Assembly (NCBI GenBank): GCA_964016885.1
Contig: CAXHJY010000093.1
Location: 1 to 64,000, forward strand
Direction: 5' to 3'
Origin: Eledone cirrhosa
Taxonomy: Eukaryota
DNA: 64,000 nucleotides
This document shows positions 55,327 to 64,000 of the stretch, in pieces (the first letter of the stretch is position 1; each line of letters starts with the position of its first letter). Below the pieces are notes generated by a model, which worked only from the letters and a program-made list of their open reading frames with translations, ran no database searches and had not been told where the DNA came from. Position numbers and translations under genes: made by a program.

Positions 55327-55755
55327 ACCATCTAACTCTACACCACCACCATCTAACTCTACACCACACCACCATCTAACTCTACACCACCACCATCTAA
55401 CTCTACACCACCACCACCACATCTAACTCTACACCACCACCACCACATCTAACTCTACACCACCACCATCTAACTCTACACCACCACCATCTAACTCTAC
55501 ACCACCACCACCACATCTAACTCTACACCACCACCATCTAACTCTACACCACCACCACCACATCTAACTCTACACCACCACCATCTAACTCTACACCACC
55601 ACCATCTAACTCTACACCACACCACCACCATCTAACTCTACACCACACCACCACATCTAACTCTACACCACACCACCATCTAACTCTACACCACACCACC
55701 ATCTAACTCTACACCACACCACCACATCTAACTCTACACCACCACCACCACATCT
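55327..55755. repeat. Variable minisatellite CATCTAACTCTACA-(CCA)n
   Basis: A fixed 14-mer with variable CCA tracts. Confidence 0.9.
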
Positions 55756-55880
55756 GGGGGCAGAGGTATAATTGGGGAAATACTGTGTGTGTGTGTGTGT
55801 GTGTGTGAAATATGTGTGTGTGTGTGTAATTGCTCAACTGAGTGTCTTAAATTCTTTCAATCTTTAAAAATATTTTCACC

Positions 55881-55921
<41 letters not shown>

Positions 55922-56659
55922 CCCCACCCATCCACACACACACACACACATCCCCCACCCATCCATACACACACACATACACTGTCTCGTCATCCAACAT
56001 CTCTTAATCACTCCTATCTCCCACTTCTCCATATTATAGTACTGTGTTGTGTGGTAGTGTTGTGGTGGTAGTATTGTGTGGTAGTGTTGTGGTGGTAGTA
56101 TTGTGTGGTAGTGTTGTGTGGTAGTGTTGTGTGGTGGTAATGTTGTGTGATGTTATTGTGGCAGTATTGTGTGATAGTGTTGTGTGGTAGTGTTGTGTGT
56201 GGTAGTGTTGTGTGGTAGTGTTGCCTGTTGCTTCCTCTGTGCTGTTGTAGTATGGCATTACATTCTACCCTGTATTGATCGGTTAGTTTAGTCTGGCTTA
56301 TCTCCCTTCTCTATTATCTCAACAACTCAATACATTCTGGGTTTGGTAGATTTTCTGCTCAAAATACTGTACACACACAGGCACACACACACACATACAC
56401 ACATACACACAGGCACACATACACACAGTGGCACACACAGGCACACACACACAGTGGCACATACACACAGGTACACATACACACACAGGCACACACACAC
56501 ACAGTGGCACATACACACAGGTACACATACACACACAGGCACACACACACACAGTGGCACACTCAGATGGGAAGTAATGAGTATTTTGTGTAGAGAGAGA
56601 TTGTTGATATAAGATTTAAGTAGCTACTACCCTTTCACAACTGCTACATATATAGCAGC

Positions 56660-56714
<55 letters not shown>

Positions 56715-58259
56715 TGCACACTCATACACACCTACAATTTACCATTATCACCTACGTTAGGCAACACTCCACACTACACCACGCTGCACAACACCAGACT
56801 ACACTACACCACGCTGCACAACACCACGCTACACTACACTACACTACACCACACCACACTACACCACGTTACACTACACCAGACCAGACTACACTACACT
56901 ACACTACACTACACCAGACCAGACCAGACTACACTACACTACACCAGACCAGACTACACTACACTACACCAGACCAGACCAGACTACACTACACTACACC
57001 AGACTACACTACACTACACTACACTACACCAAACCAGACTACACTAGACTACGCTACACCAGACTACACTACGTTACACTACACTACACTACACTACACT
57101 AGACTACGCTACACCAGACTACACTACACTACGTTACACTACACTACACTACACCAGACCAGACTACACTACACTACACTAGACTACACTAGACTACACT
57201 GCACTACACTACACTACACTACACTACACTACACTACACTACACTACACTACACTACACTACACCAGACTAGACTAGACTACACTACACTACACTAGACT
57301 ACGCTACACTGCACTACACTACACTACACCACACCACACTTCACCCCACCACCACCACAATTACCTCTGTTAGGCAACATTCCTTCCATCTATCCAACCT
57401 TCTACATTAGTCAGCCTGTCAAAACCTACAACTTAGCTGCCTACTTCCAAAAACACTACATTGAATAAAAGAATATGTAAAAAATATAGATTTTGATTTC
57501 ATCATCACCTCCTCCACCACCATCACCACCACCGTCAACACCACCACCTCCTCCACCACCACCAACACCACCACCTCTACCACCACCGTCAACACCACCA
57601 CCTCCACCACATCCTCCACCACATCCAACACCACCTCCTCCACCACCACCGTCAACACCACCACCTCCACCACATCCTCCACCACCACCACCACCTCCAC
57701 CACATCCAACACCACCTCCTCCACCACCACCGTCAACACCACCACCTCCACCACATCCTCCACCACCACCACCACCTCCACCACATCCAACACCACCTCC
57801 TCCATCACCACCATCACCATCAACACCACCATCACCATCATTGTCACCATCATTATCACCATCATCATCATTATCATCACCACCATCACCACCACCATCA
57901 CCACCACCATCATCAACATCACCATCGTCAGTTGTTTATATACTCATATTTATTTATTGATTTTATTTCATATTGTGGAGGTGGTGGGGGTGACATTATT
58001 GGTGGTGGTGGTGGTGGTGGTGGGGGTGGCATTATTGGTGGGGGGTAGGGGGTGGCATTATGGGGGAGGGGCAGTGATGGTGGTTGTGGTGAGGGTGGGT
58101 AGTGGGGGTTGTGACATTGGTGGTGAGGGTGGTGGGGTGAATTTCTGTTCCTAATTGGTTCCTATCTGTGGTGGCTCCTTATCCTTCCTCTGTATGTTGG
58201 GGGGGGGGGGATCACATGCAACTTGTGTGCAGGAATTATCCTTGTCTATCTTAACAGAT

Positions 58260-59682
<1,423 letters not shown>

Positions 59683-60427
59683 GCACACGCACACATATAT
59701 ATATATATGTGCGTGTATGTGTATACCTATGGCGAGTGTTTTCGCGCATGCTTGTGTATGTACGTATATGGATGCGTGTATGTATTTATTTAATTTCTAT
59801 TACCTCTGTATTTTATTACTTTATTCTTAACTCTGAAGCCGAGGATCATTCGGTTCCTAGTTAGAATTTTAGTCTACGACTTCACTTATACCATTTACGT
59901 GTTTTGTCTTTGCGTGCAATTGTTCTCCACGCTCCACATATGACGTATTATCTTCGTTTTTTCCGTTCATTGCCAGAGAACGTCTCTATGAACCACCTAA
60001 GAGAACATTAGTCTACGACCTCTTTTATACCATAAACGTGGTTCTGTCTTTGCGCGTAATTGTTTTTCACCGCTCCATTTAATGACATATTATCTTCGTT
60101 TTTTCCCGTTCTTTGCCAGGGAACGTTTCCACGAACCAAAGTATCGTCTTCCTGTCTTTCCCCGGTTGCAACGTTTTTTGAAATATTCACTTCTGCGTTC
60201 ACAGATTGACTTTGTTAGTTTCAGAAAATCCCGTTAAGGGTGAAAGCAGCGATTCTTTGCTTAAACTTTAATCTGTTATTTTAATAAACAAATATATATA
60301 TATATATATATATGCCAATTAATTATAAGTTGGCACTATATGCTAATGAGTATTTATAGCTGATGTTTTCTATTTGCTATATGCAAATGAGCATCTCCTA
60401 TACGAGTGAATGTATCTCATGGGTGTG

Positions 60428-60462
<35 letters not shown>

Positions 60463-60974
60463 GGCTGTCCTGGCTTGTGTATGTGCACATGAATGCAGGT
60501 AATGTTTCCCTGTGTATGTGTGTGTATGTATATATATGTACACATTCATGTGTATGTGTGTGTATGTATATATATGTACACATTCATGTGTATGTGTGTG
60601 TATGTATATATATGTACACATTCATATGTATGCATGTGTATTTATATATATAGACCCATGTAGATATATCACCTTACGTATGTGTCTGTATGTGCTTATT
60701 AACGAGTGTTGATACCCTTGTCTATGGGGTGGATACCCGGGTACCTCATGGTATTGGCCAATCCCTTGGGTGGTATAAATCAATGTAGAGATGTATTCAT
60801 ATGACCAGGTATGTGTAAGGTTCACTATTCCCATACACTATTCATTATCCTGACATTTGTACATTATTCTATGTACTATACATGCACCTTTGATTAGTTG
60901 TAGTGCACCTGAGCACTGTACACAATAATTTCGTTATTATTATTATCTATATATAAATTCTTCTGTCGTGCGTG

Positions 60975-62481
60975 TGTGGCCCTCAGACGACATATATGTG
61001 ACCCATGTGGCCCTCAGACAATACATATGTAACCCATGTGGCCCTCAGACAACACATATGTGACCCATGTGCCCTCAGACGACATATATGACCCATGTGG
61101 CCCTCAGACAATACATATGTGACCCACGTGGCCCTCAGACAACACATATGTGGTCCATGTGGCCCTCAGACAACACATATGTGGCCCATGTGGCCCTCAG
61201 ACAATACATATGTGACGCATGTGGCCCTCAGACGACATATGTGGCCCTCAGACAACACATATGACCCATGTGGCCCTCAGACAATACATATGTGACCCAT
61301 GTGGCCCTCAGACAATACATATGTGACCCATGTGGCCCTCAGACAACACATATGTGACCCATGTGGCCCTCAGACAACACATATGTGACCCATGTGGCCC
61401 TCAGACAATACATATGTGACCCATGTGGCCCTCAGACAATACATATGTGACCCATGTGGCCCTCAGACATCACATATGTGACCCATGTGGCCCTCAGACA
61501 ATACATATGTGACCCATGTGGCCCTCAGACAATACATATGTGATCCATGTGGCCCTCAGACAACACATATGTGACCCATGTGGCCCTCAGACAACACATA
61601 TGTGACCCATGTGGCCCTCAGACAACACATATGTGACCCATGTGACCCTCAGACAATACATATGTGATCCATGTGGCCCTCAGACAATACATATGTGACG
61701 CATGTGGCCCTCAGACGACATATATGACCCATGCGGCCCTCAGACAACACATATGACCCATGTGGCCCTCAGACAATATATATGTGACCCATGTGGCCCT
61801 CAGACAATACATATGTGACGCATGTGGCCCTCAGACGACATATATGACCCATGCGGCCCTCAGACAACACATATGACCCATGTGGCCCTCAGACAATACA
61901 TATGTGACTCATGTGGCCCTCAGACAATACATATGTGACCCATGTGGACCTCAGACAACACATATGTGGCCCATGTGGCCCTCAGACAATACATATGTGA
62001 CCCATGTGGCCCTCAGACAATACATATGTAACCCATGTGGCCCTCAGACAACACATATGTGGCCCATGTGGCCCTCAGACAATACATATGTGACGCATGT
62101 GGCCCTCAGACGACATATGTGGCCCTCAGACAACACATATGACCCATGTGGCCCTCAGACAATACATATGTGACCCATGTGGCCCTCAGACAACATATGT
62201 GACTCATGTGGCCCTCAGACAACACATATGTGACGCATGTGGCCCTCAGACAATACATATATGACCCATGTGGCCCTCAGACAATACATATATGACCCAT
62301 GTGGCCCTCAGACAACACATATGTGACCCATGTGGCCCTCAGACAATACATATGTGATCCATGTGGCCCTCAGACAACACATGTGACGCATGTGGCTCTC
62401 AGACGACATATATGACCCATGTGGCCCTCAGACAATACATATATGACCCATGTGGCCCTCAGACAATACATATGTGGCCCT
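60975..62481. repeat. 31-bp minisatellite, ~48 copies
   Basis: Unit tgtggccctcagacaatacatatgtgaccca. Confidence 0.95.
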
Positions 62482-62895
62482 CGAGGGACCCTAGTTTGAC
62501 ATACCTGGGCTCTATACTGCCATATATAATTGCTCTGTCTGTGGTAGTGTGACTATCTGGGTGTATAGGAACTGATCCTTACATACTTGTGGGTGGATAT
62601 TTGCTGGGATCTGAGGGAAACTATTCCCCCCCCCCCAAAAAAAAAACCCTGAACACCATTGAAGATAACAATGGAAGGGGACCATTCCTATCTTCATTGA
62701 GCGGCAGGTTGTTGTGTCTGTGTGTATATAAACAGCAAGAGAGACTTCCAATATAAATACATGTGTATGTATGTGTGTATGTATGTGTGTATGCATATAT
62801 AACCAACAACAGCAAGAGAGAGTTCCACTGTAAATACATGTATGTATGTATGTGTATATAACCAACAGCAAGAGAGTTACACTGTAAATACATGT

Positions 62896-62934
<39 letters not shown>

Positions 62935-64000
62935 ACCAACAGCAAGAGAGAGTTCCACTATAAATACATGTGTGTATGTATGTGTGTATGTATATATATA
63001 ACCAACAGCAAGAGAGTTCCAGTGTAAATATATGTGTGTGTGTGTGTGTGTGTGTGTTAGGATGAAATAATAACAGCTAAACTATCAGATTTAAGCCGGG
63101 GTGTCTGCCTTTGAAACCCGACACACCGGATGATGGAACACATGATACCAGTCATATGTTGGTAAGGAAGGAAATGTATTTAAACCTTCTGTAGGTGTCT
63201 TGGATGGGAGTCGGGGTGTTGGGGTGGAACGGGGTGTCGGGGTGTCTTGTATGAGGGTTGGGGTAGAATGGGGTCTTGTATGGGGGTTGGGGTAGAATGG
63301 GGTCTTGTATGGGGGTTGGGGTAGAATGGGGTCTTGTATGGGGGTTGGGGTAGAATGGGGTCTTGTATGGGTGTCGGGGTGGAAAACACTTCCTTGAACA
63401 CTTACAAACATTTCACTCTGATGAGAGAAAAAACTGTGGGGCACTACACATTAATAGCATATGAATACATTTATGTACACACAAACATATGTACATGTAC
63501 ACACACACATATATATGTGCATGTACACAGACACTCACACACACATATATGTACATGTACACACACACACACCTATGCACATGTACACACACACGCATAC
63601 TCACACACATTAAGAGCAAAAACAAATATTTCATCATTTTCTGCAAAGCCAGTCGTAAAATCACTCAGTATTCAAATGAGGTTAATCAGCCATTGTATAC
63701 ATTTGAGAATACTATATATTCTCAGCAGGTGGCAGTGACAAGAGAATACAGTTTCGATAAGGTACAAAAACTCTGAAACAATTGTCAATTCTTTTCTCTC
63801 AGCTACTACTGGAACAAAAGATGACATTTGTGATCTAACACATATGGTGTTAGTGAGGCTGTTTATTTGCAAACAAACCAAATATTAATAATCGTTTCTA
63901 CTTTTGGCACGAGGCCAGCAATCATCCCAGTACATTACTGGTACTTTATTTTATCGACCCCGTAAGGATGAATATCAATAATACTATGATATTATTCACT

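Overview
AT-rich animal genomic DNA dense in microsatellites. The repeat landscape suggests an octopus or other coleoid cephalopod, but this is inference. The only host coding sequence found is one ~1.14-kb exon (31304-32447, +) encoding the signal peptide and Sema domain of a Plexin-A-like receptor. The rest is intronic or intergenic. It contains a 5'-truncated RTE-clade LINE carrying a PHD-type finger, two tRNA-derived SINE families (one shares the LINE's 3' end), TTAA-flanked piggyBac-type MITEs, and many minisatellites, several of which appear to have grown out of these transposons. The most notable signal is a set of short non-coding elements inserted in (TA)n tracts. They belong to several families with little sequence similarity, and most carry a minimal type-I hammerhead ribozyme (CUGANGA...GAAA, palindromic stem III). 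Several also have a partial inverted copy of themselves and a shared AGCACTC...GAGT bulged hairpin near the (TA)n junction. This looks like a non-autonomous Penelope-like/retrozyme-like system. Almost all ORFs in the six-frame track are translations of simple repeats. All coordinates and pairings were read by eye.
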